Positions 34,201 to 45,556 of a DNA stretch of 64,000 nt are shown here, piece after piece. Both the position numbers and the translations under genes were made by a program. The stretch is from Cyanidioschyzon merolae (lineage: Eukaryota): assembly GCA_000091205.1 (NCBI GenBank), contig AP006497.2; one strand, given 5' to 3'. The notes under the pieces were generated by a model. It ran no database searches and was not told the DNA's origin. It worked only from the letters and a program-made list of their open reading frames with translations. The number at the start of each line of letters is the position of its first letter. Within the stretch, counting starts at the first letter, position 1.

Positions 34201-37199
34201 TACACTATATCGTAAATCCGTATCTGTTTCAAGCTCTTTTTCTGTATCTGTTTCTGTGTGCACTCGTGCCCGTGATGTGTGAATCTCACTCCAAGCTCAT
34301 CGACAAGAATCAAACAGAATCGATCCCCGCACTAGTTGTAAGCTTTCGTGTGCGGAGCCGGCATGCAACATTTGCGCGCTAAAGCACGTCCAGCGCCGCA
34401 AGATACCACCACCGAACGACGTGACATATATATATCTATCCATTTCTAACTTGCAGTGCATTTTGGTCGATGCACGCTTCTTGCATGCGCACAACTGACT
34501 CTGCTTGCGAACCAAGCACGCTCCCTTGTACTCGTGCAAAAAATCGTCCGTTTGAGTCAGTTGGACTCTACGGAGTATAAGTTTAACGCAGACCGATCTG
34601 CTCGATTCGATGCCCAGAGCGTCGAGATGGGTTCCGACCCGGCCACTCGACACGCTGGTATATCTCCTGACGTCCTGCGTACCCAGCTCTCGCTGGTACG
34701 GAGGTCTGGGAAAACTGAATGCCTGCACCAGCTTTCCTTTCAGGTCTTTGGGTTCGGCCCCTTGGTTTGGAGATGCGGCGCTGGTTTTGACGCCTTCCAA
34801 CCTGGGATCCACGCCAAACACAAACGCTTGCTTTTCGCTTACCTTGAAGGGTTGAAAATGAGTGTCGTTACTCGACTCAGGCTTTGTCCTCAAGACTTTG
34901 ACAAAGTACACGTAGACTGATATTCCGTCGGCCTCCACCGTCGCTGTGGATTGCTTTTTATATTCTCCCTGTAAAGGAGAAAGCTCCGATTCGCTCCATC
35001 AATGCTGCTCGACGTTGTTCGAATGCTTCATATTTGCTCTTAGAAACCGGCCGTGGCTCACCGACAACGCCATACACTGGACGAGTGTCTACGATGAGCA
35101 TACGGGCTCTGATGAAAGATATCCCAATAACGTCGCATAGACACTTCAGGAAGCCATGGAGCTGGGATTCACAGAGCAGTTGTGCCATGCTCTTGCGGGC
35201 TCTGTTCAGGAACACTTCGAAACGCAAAATCCGAGGAATGTAGGCATCCCGTTTCACCGATCGTTTGGATATCACGTCCGCCAGTTCTGGGGAAAGGCTA
35301 TCACAATGAGTTGGAACTGTACGAAGCTACCCATATTCTCGTTGAGACATCTCTTCTGAGCTCGCTACCATTTCGAACGTTCCAGGTATCAGCTCTGGAC
35401 ATGATTTAATCGACGCACCCGCGATCGTTTTCTTCAGTATTCACCTTTCTGAACCAGTAACGTGAGGCTACGATACCCACAGTGTGATCCTAATGAAGCG
35501 CTCTAGACTAAACCGCATCTCACTCCGGTTTTTGAGGTCTGCTTGATACTTTTTCAATCTGGTTCTATAGACTTTTATTCCGATCGATGCGGCACCGCGA
35601 AGACTCGGGCATGCTGGAAAGCGTTCCAGCGAATCTCGGATCCTAGTAACAGGCAGTGATGCATCTTTAGCCCCGGGAGTCAGCAGTGCTCCAACATGAA
35701 GGCTAGATCGAAAATTTCGAGGGGAATATAGACAGCTCGTCGTCCTACGTCCCGTACTCGTGCGAAAATCTGTTTGACGTGGTGCGTCCAGGCAAGGGAA
35801 ACTGGGCTAGGCTTCCTCAAGAAAGCTGCTACGCAATCCCTACTGGCGCCATCTGTAATATGTTTTGGAATATTCTCTCCAGTGATGAGATTGAATACGG
35901 AGCCATTGAAAGCGCTCTCAGACTGATTTTGCGGCGCCGACATTATTCCCTTCCAGTGAATCCTCATCGTCGTGGCTGGAGGGTCTTTCTCTTCTTTGCC
36001 GGGTGGTTTCCTCTTCTTCTCCTTCACACGGTGGAATGCCATGGATGTGATTGCGTTACTCCATATCGATTTGGTTCCCTTGAGATTCAGACACATGGGG
36101 AGAACGACCGGTACAAAGCTCGCCTTCCCTACGAATCTATCCACAGCTATCAAATTTCCTTTTGTCACTATCTCTGTTGCGAGCATGTCCACGATCTGTA
36201 GTGCTTTTTAGCGTCCCATCACGCATAAGAGCGGAGGAGTGGCACGCTGGTTCGTGGATGATACAGGGTAAAAACGACTTGAGAGAGAACCGTGGCATGG
36301 ACGCGAACGACTCCTGAATTCATCCACAAGCGCACATGCGACGTTAAACAACATCGATGACGCCCTCAACTGCAATAAACTGGAGAGAATAGGTTGAAAC
36401 GAAATATAGCTCAACGCCTGTCTCAGCTGCATGTCGTCCTTTGTGTTTTGTAAAGGAAAGCGGCCATTTCGAAAAGTGAGAAAGACTAGTGAGGCGAAAA
36501 GCCCCGAAGTGCGTCGGCGACGAGTCCAATATGTGATGATGGTATCCTTTTTAGATTTTGTACACTATCACATGATTCGAATGCCGGTTGGACTTCTATT
36601 CCAGGAGTGCTGGCTTGTTTTGTGGTGATGGACATCGGGTTGACTTCTTCCACCGTCGAGTGACAAGCAGAATATTTCTCCCGCATGAATTCTCATCGAG
36701 TGAGTCAAACACCATTCTTTGCTGTCATCAGCGTTCACATTTGAGTACGAGATCCATTCTCTGTGCTTCAACACTTGACGGTCTCCTGTGGAAGCACAAT
36801 TTTCTCTTTTATCTATCCGTATCTGTTCATTAGCGGTCGATTCTGCGGTAGAGATCCTCCATATCCTGTGCCTTCTTAGATAATAATTCCAAGAAAACGC
36901 AGTGAATAGAATGAACCAACAAGGTTAACAACATGAAGGTAGAGTTTGATTAGTTCTGTTTTGGTGTAGAGCGTTTTGGATAAGGACTACGAGATAGGTG
37001 GCTCATCTACCAGGTGCCTGAAGAATTACTGAGTTGTTCATTTCGAACCTTTCGCGCCAAAGCTGTCAATGAAAGAATAAACTGCTGCCGCGACCGTTCT
37101 CCGTATTAGATGATATATTCCTTATGTTGAGAGCATTCGATAAAAACAAAAACAAAAAGTTCATGCACGTACGGGTGTTCAAGGGACACGCTAATTTCA

Positions 37200-38550
37200 T
37201 AGTCCTTCAACTCAGGATTTTTCACGCCCGCAGCAGTGCATAGCAGGAGATCGAAATCACGATACAATGTATTCTATAGACCATTGATCACTTGCCTGTA
37301 AGATATATACTCCTTACAGAACAGTGCCTGGAGGACTCCATTCCTCATTCATCTCAGGCATATCACAGTACTCAGATGAACGAGAAACACTCAAAGAAAC
37401 AAGAACAAGGGCTTCGCGTCGAAAACCGGTATTCTTAACAGGTGCTTGCGGTCAATGGTAGAAAACGACCCCTTGATCATATATTCCTGAAGGCAAAAGC
37501 GATGATAGTTGCCAGGATGGGCGTCTCTGTTTCTCAACAGCTTGTTCGTTTGGCCCTGAAAACACTTGGATACACTCGCGAAAAAGATCCCTATTTCACG
37601 CACAGCCATCGTCCACCAAAGTCGCGACGACAGCGTTCCCGGAACTTCGTTATCCATATGAAGCAGCGGGACGTCAATTCATCCTCGTCGCCGAGACTTG
37701 CTTCAGACGATACGGGTGGAGCGTATATGGGTATTCGAGGAGCAGGGCGGCCGTTGATAATACGGCCGAACTCGTGGAGACCGAGGACGTTATCAACTGT
37801 TCTGGCTGCAGTGGATTTACATGGCGGCCCCAGTTTCGCTCGTTGAGAAGCCTCATGCAATAGCACCAGCTTCGCCTTATCATTGACGACTTTTCCATGA
37901 CGTGTAGCGACGTCATTCTACTGGACGACATAGCATTTGGCCATTCCCATCGCGTTCGATTTTTTGGAGATCCTGTCCGGGTAGAGCTGCTCTTCAGTAG
38001 TCCGTTCTCTATGTGGTTCAAACGCATCGAAGAATGGTTTATTCTACTGAAACGTAATGGTCGCTCAACTCGTCGATTCGCTGAAGCGCTCAGTTCGGAG
38101 ACATCGGGACACATTTTTGTCTTTTTCCCGCAAGTGCTTTTCCCTCCGGGAAGGTCCTTACCTAAGGGCATCAAGAATTATGTTCATTTCAAAATGCTAT
38201 GGGATGAGTTGGGGTGTACACTTCAGAAGTTCGATATCGAGAAAAGCCAGCGGAACGCTTCGGCTATTGAAAAGTATGGAGAGCTGACCGAGCCGCAAAT
38301 GGCACCGAGGACACGAGTTCGAGGACTCTTTGCATTGGCAAGTTTAAGCGGCGTCATGAAAAGAATTAAATTCGTACGTCGAGACCAGAACGCCGCCATC
38401 AATATCGGGAGATGTCCTGTGCTGAACACGAGACCCGAGGAGCTGAGGCGAGACAACCTTGTGGGGTAGCCTCTCGGGCTCGAGTTGTACAAGGAAAAGC
38501 TGAAACTGATAGAAAGAGGCTCGTCAAAAAGGGATGGGAGGCATCTGCAC
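37200..38550 (+). mobile_element. Composite element copy: a mariner/Tc1-like transposase pseudogene (HTH plus DDD core) read through into an internally deleted TnpB/Fanzor-like C-terminal module.
   Basis: The left-end nucleotides 37215-37440 align with 62130-62365. ORF 37442..37846 has an HTH (MIVARMGVSVSQQLVRLALKTLGY) and the first acidic motif (LASDDTGGAYMGIRGAGRP). ORF 37897..38469 begins ILLDDIAFGHSHRVRFFGDPVRVELLFSSPFSMWFKRIEEWFILLKRN, the second D and D/E motifs of Tc1/mariner. It continues in frame to EKYGELTEPQ...VRRDQNAAINIGRCPVLNTRPEELRRDNLVG, with the NAAINI at 38391-38406. The terminal GGGAGGCATCTG lies at 38535-38546. Confidence 0.6.
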
Positions 38551-39245
38551 AGGAGTTTTCATTTACTCTTCTTGGGCGTTGGACATAGTTTTGATTCACT
38601 GGCGATGATATGTCTAGTATAACTCTTTCGCTACACGCATGTTCCGAGAATTTCCGCGAATCCGGTTTTGTCCGTGATCAATTTTATGGGATCAAAATAC
38701 ATTGGTCAGATAAGAGAGCTTTTAGTTGGCTGCTAATGCTGAAGGTTCATTTGATCTCTTGAATGCAGCAGATTAGATGCTTATTTCATAAAACCTCTGC
38801 TGTAGATCTTAATTTCGGTGGGTTCTTGCGATGGAAATAGTGGAGTATGTTGTATCGAAACGGTATCCGCGGAGTGCCCAGTTGAAAGCTCGACGCTTGA
38901 TGGTAAGTTTTCGACGCTTTGAATTCGGCAGCTAGGGTCGTGAAAGAGTTTGTGCTGGAGAGAAAGCGCGCATATTCAGCGGAATGCAACGAGGCACAAA
39001 ACGCCCAGAGCCGACCATTGCAGAGATCGGAGGCAACTGAGCGTGAACGTGTTTATTCCACAAGCGCCTCTGTACTACAGCCTCAGGTGAGCGCTCGCTG
39101 AATTGCTCACTGGCGGCAGCATCTCATCGTATTTAGATGCCGTTGGATCGCAAGCGGGTCGCAGCGCCAGAATTGACTCCCAGAACGACGCCCAACTTGA
39201 GAACCTCATTTTGATTCAAGTTCAACACGGAAACTTTATGTACGG

Positions 39246-40865
39246 CTATGGAATGAGTTTCTTCTCTTTGCCTACTTTTGCGAAAGCGGCAACGCACTGC
39301 TCGATATCATCAGTGGAGTGGGCCGCTGAGATCTGGACCCGAATACGCGCCTTGTCCCGCGGCACCACGGGGTATGAAAATCCAACGACGTAAATACCCT
39401 CCTCAAGAAGAGCCTTGGCCATGTCGGCTGCTATTTGGGCATCTCCGATCATGACAGGTACTATAGGATGCCACTCGCCGCCCAGACGAAAACCTGCGGC
39501 GCCCATTTTCGTACGAAAGAGTCGAGTATTTCTGGCGAGTCGAGCACGTAATTCAGAGGCTTCCAAGGCCTCAGCGCCACCTGTTTCCGTCGTACTGGCT
39601 CCGGTTCCATCACTGCGAGCAGTGTCCGCACCAGAAGCCGGCGATCGCTTGCGCATTAGCATATCAAAGACGGTCAAACTGCCGGCTACAATAGATGGCG
39701 GCAATGCATTGCTGAAGAGGTACGGCCGGCTGCGTTGTCGCAGAATCTCAATGATCTCCTTCCGGCCAGTGGTGTAACCGCCCGCGCCGCCACCGAGCGC
39801 CTTTCCTAATGTGGATGTAACGATATCAACTCGATCCATGACGCCGCATAGCTCTGGAGTCCCGCGTCCTTTTGCACCGACAAAGCCAGTCGCATGGCAG
39901 TCGTCGACCATGACGATCGCGTCGTATTGGTCCGCGAGGAAGCAAATCTGCTCCAGAGGCGCGACATCGCCGTCCATACTGAAAACACCGTCGGTTGCTA
40001 TGAGCTTATGGCGCGCACCTTCCTGATTCGCTTTCTCCAGTTGACGCTCGAGGTCCTCCATGTCGAGGTGGCGATAACGATAACGCCGAGCTTTGCACAG
40101 GCGAACGCCATCAATGATGCTCGCGTGATTCAGCTCATCACTTAAAATCGCATCCTCCGGGCCCAGCAATACTTCGAAAAGCCCCTCGTTCGCGCCGAAA
40201 CAAGAATGATAGAGTATCGTGTCCTCAGTATCGTGGAACGTTGAGATTTTCCGCTCAAGTTCTTTGTGTACATCTTGTGTTCCGCAGATGAAACGCACCG
40301 AGGCAACACCAAAACCGTGGCTATCCAGTGCATCACGAGCAGACTGTTTGATTTCGGGATGATTCGCCAAACCGAGGTAGTTGTTGGCGCAAAAGTTCAA
40401 CACTTTGCGCGGCTTGTTGTTGGTCTCCGGACTCTCCACAACCACGTCTGCGGCTTGAGGGGAGAGAATGCGTCTCTCCGACTTGTAAAGCCCAGCGGAG
40501 CGAATGCCGTCCAGCTCTTGGTGAATCCACTGATATAGGCCGGTGTCGCGCCACTTTCTCCGCCGTGCTTCCGTGCTCTGCTCAGGCGTCGCCGCCAGGT
40601 GTCGCCGAGTTTGCCAGCCCCATAAACACGACGTGCGCTCGCTGTTTCTTGTGAACACCCCAGGAGAAGGCGCTCCGCTGTACCGTCTTACAAATGATCT
40701 TCCATACGAAAAACAATGGAGAAAGTTTCTTCCCATATCGTGTGCAACTAGTTCCAAAGCCGAGGAGGATGCGAATGCAGGTCGATGCAGACCCCCATTT
40801 GCCCTCAGCGAATGCATCGCTGAGCACACGACGATGCGCCCCGCTGCGCAACGGATGGGCCGCAT
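39246..40865 (-). CDS. KBL: 2-amino-3-ketobutyrate CoA ligase (glycine C-acetyltransferase), a PLP-dependent alpha-oxoamine synthase. It has an N-terminal extension of about 100 aa, probably a presequence.
   Basis: The translation carries KBL signatures: [45 protein letters not shown], the PLP-lysine region [16 protein letters not shown], and a C-terminus close to bacterial Kbl ([39 protein letters not shown]). One low-complexity insertion of about 32 aa lies near aa 400. Confidence 0.85.
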   Translation of the reverse strand: MRPIRCAAGRIVVCSAMHSLRANGGLHRPAFASSSALELVAHDMGRNFLHCFSYGRSFVRRYSGAPSPGVFTRNSERTSCLWGWQTRRHLAATPEQSTEARRRKWRDTGLYQWIHQELDGIRSAGLYKSERRILSPQAADVVVESPETNNKPRKVLNFCANNYLGLANHPEIKQSARDALDSHGFGVASVRFICGTQDVHKELERKISTFHDTEDTILYHSCFGANEGLFEVLLGPEDAILSDELNHASIIDGVRLCKARRYRYRHLDMEDLERQLEKANQEGARHKLIATDGVFSMDGDVAPLEQICFLADQYDAIVMVDDCHATGFVGAKGRGTPELCGVMDRVDIVTSTLGKALGGGAGGYTTGRKEIIEILRQRSRPYLFSNALPPSIVAGSLTVFDMLMRKRSPASGADTARSDGTGASTTETGGAEALEASELRARLARNTRLFRTKMGAAGFRLGGEWHPIVPVMIGDAQIAADMAKALLEEGIYVVGFSYPVVPRDKARIRVQISAAHSTDDIEQCVAAFAKVGKEKKLIP

Positions 40866-42325
40866 TCATCGCCGTTCCGTCTCTGCCAGATGCAATTGGA
40901 AGAGTGAATAGCTCGAGCTGTTCCTGCTTTTTCATTCTTCCGAACTTTTTTACACATGCAGCATTGACGTTCAGATTGCATGAACGAGCGGTACATGATT
41001 CTTACGTACTTGTAGGATTCTCGGTCTTTTTTTAGATTTTGTTCTTACGAGACGTTGCGGCGGGAATTCGTTCTGCCACTGAAACCATGGTGATTCGCAA
41101 CGTCATCAACGAACAGATCGTAAAACAATCTATATCATTCTATAATGCGTACGCGGGAATCGCCAGACTTTCAAGTTCTTTACATGCAGCATGTTCAGAT
41201 CACGCATGCATCACCGTTTCGATCTTACTATTTCATGGCAACCCGTGAGCGCTGCAATTTGGGCGGATAGATTGACGAGGAAAACAACACCTCGTCGTCC
41301 CCCTGATGACTCGTTCACAAGTTCATGCCTAGAGTTCAATGAACTTGTCGCGTCTAATAGTCGATCCGTTTGCAGAGACAAAGACTCTTCTCTCTTGGGC
41401 AGTCGAGAAAACCAGAATCCGCAGCAGCATAATACCTCTCACGAGATATGCTTCCAGAGGCTTCCATCTCTTCTCTTTGCATAAAAAAGGTATTGGAGTC
41501 GGACTTGAGTTATCGCAGCGATCACTTCCAGTGCGGAATGCTTTGCCGCTCTGCGCGAAGGTAGCATACAGACACCGAAATTTCTCGACTTGTTCTCACG
41601 CCAGAATTTACCTTCCAGTACATGTTTCATCATGGGCAACCTCGCGTTCTGCATGTCCTCTATCGAGTGCAACAGCGTACACTTGCGCGTCCAGCATACA
41701 GAGTGCTAGACGATAGGATCGGCCAAGGCAAGCCCCCCATATAGGAGCGCTTCAAAGAAGGCGGATACGGAGTGACGCGCGGACAGGAGCCTTCTGTACC
41801 TGCCATTGGCATGCAACGAGCGTTGAAGCAAGCGTTCACGCGTTGTAGGACGGCGCTCGGAGTGCGATACCGTGTGCTGGATACCTTTTTGCTCCTGACA
41901 ACACTCAAATGTCAGCGGTACGAACTGCACACCGAGGCTGTCTGCAAACAAGATGAAAATGGCTAGCGAAGCATAGATGACAACTTCCATCGATGCATGA
42001 AATACATCAACAATAGCCAGAATCAGAGAAATCGGGATTTGCATGATTTCTTGACCATTCTTCGATAGCTGACAGCGGAGCTGGAGGGCAAGGAGAGATC
42101 AGCGTACTCAAAGCCGGAGACAAGATGGCGGAAATGGAAGACGTCAAAGATAGAGCCTGCAAAAGCTTGTGTTGATGGCAGTGTGAACTGACCCAAATCG
42201 TAATGTGCGCGTTCGCGTTCATCTAGTAGACCTATTCCATTTTTTATTCTGACATGGGTGGACGCTCGCGAACAGGCGGATCACTGCACAACAGCTGATC
42301 TCAACAAAACGGAGAATTGCAGAAG

Positions 42326-42490
42326 AATCCACATACACTCTTGTCTTGGGACGTATAGTCTCTGATCTCTGCCCTATCAAGTGGCACCAGAGGTTGTAGC
42401 GCATGCAAATCCACATACACTCTTGTCTCGGGATGTATAGTCTCTGGTCTCTGACCTATCAAGTGGCACCAGAGGTCGTAGCGCATGCAA
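42326..42490. repeat. Tandem direct repeat, two units of about 82-83 nt.
   Basis: Unit 1 (42326-42408) and unit 2 (42409-42490) are about 90% identical (AATCCACATACACTCTTGTCTTGGGACGTATAGTCTCTGATCTCTGCCCTATCAAGTGGCACCAGAGGTTGTAGCGCATGCAA). The repeat lies about 370 nt 3' of the EF-G gene. Confidence 0.7.
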
Positions 42491-42857
42491 GGCGCACTCA
42501 CAATCCGGCCGCTCCCGCTGTCGGCAATCATGAGTACCACGTCGCTTTGATACAAAACCAGGTGGCGCTGCGTCACAGCATCTTCGTACGCGGGCACCTC
42601 ACATCTGAGGCTCAAACAAAATAATCAATAATCGGGATTCTGCGCCAGCGTCTCAGAGCCTTGTCTTTGTGCACCTAAGGGCGCGCGCAGCGGCAGACTG
42701 TCATGGATGGGATACCAGCATCCGTACGGAAAACACGTCTCCGGCGACTGCGTGATTGGAACGCTACTCCGTGAGCCGGCTCACGCCCGAACTGGTGCTG
42801 CTGCCGACAAGCAGCTCAGCCATCGAAACAACGAATCTGTTTTCCATCTGGACAACA

Positions 42858-45392
42858 TCAGTTCCTTTCGAGTAAACGATGCGCGAACATCTCATCAACC
42901 CGTTCATATTTGCAGAAAGACGCTTCGAAGGAGGCACGTCCACCAGTCAAGCTGCGGAGCGCGTTCGCATAGCCGATCAGACCCTCGAGCGGTACGAGCG
43001 CCTCGACCACAGAGCCGCTTGCATCTGTGCCGAGCACCTGCCCGCGGCGTTGCGGGGACGTCAGGTCCCGAATCACGACGCCATACAAATGCTGCTTATC
43101 GACGCTCGTGTCGGAACGCGTAGGCTCGTCGGGCTCGCTTGCAAGCTCTCCAACTGCATCCAGTCGTACCTCAACTCTCATGACAGGCTCGACGAGTGCG
43201 ACTGTTGATCGACCGAGTGCATCGTGGACAGCATCCACAGCACAAGCTCGGAGCGCGGTTTCCACTGGATTTTCCGCAGAAATCTGATGAATGACTGCCC
43301 TGACCCCAACGACAGGGAGACCTGCTCGAGGGCCGCGCTGGAGCGCCGCTCGCGCACCGTCCGTGATAGCGTCCCGAATTGACGCTGGGATTTCGCGACT
43401 TGAAGGCGCGAGACCCTCTTGTGGCGACGCGCCCCTGAACACGAGGTTGGGGCACAGACACACCTCGCGTTCAAGTCGAATTCCATCATTGCTCTCGTTT
43501 CGAGGCAGTGGGTGCAACGTCACACGCATCGATGCTCGTAAACGAGTCGCGCCCACAGTACGGTCCATTGTGGAAAGCGGCATCTGATCGTGGCTCTTCA
43601 GCGTGCACTGGACGCTGTTCACAGCGGATACGCACCCAGCACCAGGCTCAGCGACCGTTTCAAAGAGCGCCACTCGCGGCGCACTCGCATGGAGGTCCTT
43701 TATTCCGAACTCCCTCTCGAGCCTTTTGCAGGCAATATCAAGGTGAAGCTCACCCATGCCGCTTAAAAGCAACTCTCCCGTGCGTTCATCTTCGTGAAAG
43801 CGAAGACTTGGGTCATCAAGTACCAGAACCTGCAGCGCGGCAATCAGTGCCTCCTGCGCTGAGCGCTGGTATCCCGTGTCACGCGCTAGCGCGACGCTAA
43901 ACATAGGCTCTGGTACCGGCACTGGCGGGAGACGCACCACACTGATGGGATCGGCATCTGACGAGACCAATGTGTCACCGGTGCGGACCCTTTTCAGACC
44001 GCTCAACGCATAGATACCTCCTGTTTGCACGTGCTGGATAGGCATGAAGTGGTCTGCGTGCACGCGGAAGACGCCTGTCACGCGTTCCTGTACGGCATCA
44101 TGCCATTTGACTCTGTCTGTCGAGAGAATTTTCAGGACAGACCCCGTCTGCAGGCACGCTGTGGCTCCCGCGGAAAACACGCGGACAAATGTAAGTGGTC
44201 CGCGGTGCAGATCCTGCTGAACCTTGAATGCGTACGCTACTAAAGCGTCTTTCGAATTCATGGCGATCTTCCGAGTCGACCCCCCATCGAGCGCCTCCCC
44301 CAGTCTCGCCGGACGCTCCTCCGGCGAGGGAAGCAGCTCCTCGACCGCATCCAACAAGGGTTGAATGCCCATACCACGTAACGCTGACCCGCAAAATACC
44401 GGCACAACGTGGCGTTCCAGCGTGGCACTACGAAGCGCACGGCTCAAGTCGTCGTCGTGGACGGGCTTACCGTCCAGATACTGTGTACACAAGCGATCAT
44501 CATATTCTGCTAAAGTCTCGACAAGTGCCTCTCGTAGATCTGTTGCGAGCTTCGACCAGGTCAGCGGGGTGTTTCGATTCACTGTCAGAAGCGGCTGGAC
44601 GGATGCTTCCGCATCCATCGCAATGCGCTCAACTGCTTCGCCGTGCGATCCGGTGAAAAGCAGCATATGGTTGGTGGCCCTCAAATCCACGATCCCTACA
44701 TGTCCGTTCCATGCTACCGGCGCTGTCAACAATACTGGTCGTCCGCCCAGGGAAGTGCGAATTTGCTGCAGACACCGAGACACATCCGCCTCTTTTCGAT
44801 CGCACTTGTTCAAGAAAATAAGCCTTGGCAGCCCGTATCGATTCGTCTGTCTCCAAACTGTGGCAGTTTGCGCCTGAATCCCCGCGATTGCGTCGACGAG
44901 CACCACAGCGCCATCCATGACGCTTAGAGAGCGCTCCACCTCGAAGGTGAAGTCCACGTGACCAGGCGTGTCGACGATGTTGATGAGTACAGCGGACTTG
45001 CGATCCTTGGGTTGCGGGAACGGCGGCCACGTTACACTGGTAGCTGCAGCTTGGATCGTAATCCCCCGCTGGCGCTCTTCCCACAGGTAGTCCATGACAG
45101 TGTCGCCGTGATCAACGTTTCCGACCCGCCGCGAAACTCCCGCATAGTACAAGATCTTCTCCGTCAAGGTCGTTTTCCCTGCATCAACATGCGCGACTAT
45201 CCCTATATTTCGTATAGAGTTCGGGCGTACCTCAGTCTCTGAAACGGAGGATGCAGCCTCACTCCAGAAGCGCCACTGGCTGTGGCGTTGTCGAAACGGT
45301 GCACACTTTTTCGTTATTCGAACTGGATTCAAGGGCAACCAGCTTCTAAAACTCGCCCAGAACGTGAAAGTTCCCTGTCTCAGCAAGCCCAT
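42858..45392 (-). CDS. Elongation factor G, mitochondrial type (EF-G1mt or EF-G2mt/RRF2mt), with an N-terminal presequence.
   Basis: The GTPase G1-G4 motifs read NIGIVAHVDAGKTTLTEKIL, DTPGHVDF and NKCD. EF-G domains II-V are present, including FSAGATACLQTGSVL, and the 844-aa length fits. The hydroxylated, basic N-terminal 60 aa look like a presequence. Confidence 0.9.
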   Translation of the reverse strand: MGLLRQGTFTFWASFRSWLPLNPVRITKKCAPFRQRHSQWRFWSEAASSVSETEVRPNSIRNIGIVAHVDAGKTTLTEKILYYAGVSRRVGNVDHGDTVMDYLWEERQRGITIQAAATSVTWPPFPQPKDRKSAVLINIVDTPGHVDFTFEVERSLSVMDGAVVLVDAIAGIQAQTATVWRQTNRYGLPRLIFLNKCDRKEADVSRCLQQIRTSLGGRPVLLTAPVAWNGHVGIVDLRATNHMLLFTGSHGEAVERIAMDAEASVQPLLTVNRNTPLTWSKLATDLREALVETLAEYDDRLCTQYLDGKPVHDDDLSRALRSATLERHVVPVFCGSALRGMGIQPLLDAVEELLPSPEERPARLGEALDGGSTRKIAMNSKDALVAYAFKVQQDLHRGPLTFVRVFSAGATACLQTGSVLKILSTDRVKWHDAVQERVTGVFRVHADHFMPIQHVQTGGIYALSGLKRVRTGDTLVSSDADPISVVRLPPVPVPEPMFSVALARDTGYQRSAQEALIAALQVLVLDDPSLRFHEDERTGELLLSGMGELHLDIACKRLEREFGIKDLHASAPRVALFETVAEPGAGCVSAVNSVQCTLKSHDQMPLSTMDRTVGATRLRASMRVTLHPLPRNESNDGIRLEREVCLCPNLVFRGASPQEGLAPSSREIPASIRDAITDGARAALQRGPRAGLPVVGVRAVIHQISAENPVETALRACAVDAVHDALGRSTVALVEPVMRVEVRLDAVGELASEPDEPTRSDTSVDKQHLYGVVIRDLTSPQRRGQVLGTDASGSVVEALVPLEGLIGYANALRSLTGGRASFEASFCKYERVDEMFAHRLLERN

Positions 45393-45556
45393 ATGGAGCG
45401 TTTATGGGCAGCGAGCCTCATGCGGTTCCCAGACTTGCGCTTCGACAACGTCGACTACCCGTAAAAAGAAACGTAGCTGCTGTCTGCAGCACGCCCGCAT
45501 TTCGCCTTGTAGTCTCTCGACTGGGCTCTTTTGGTTGCCGGCTCTGTGGGTTATGG

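Noticed and set aside
37365-37385. Candidate terminal inverted repeats for the mariner-like copies (palindromic CAGTACTCAG cores near the left ends)
   Set aside because: I could not find convincing matching inverted sequences at the right ends by eye. The ends probably diverged or are truncated, so I made no TIR or TSD call.
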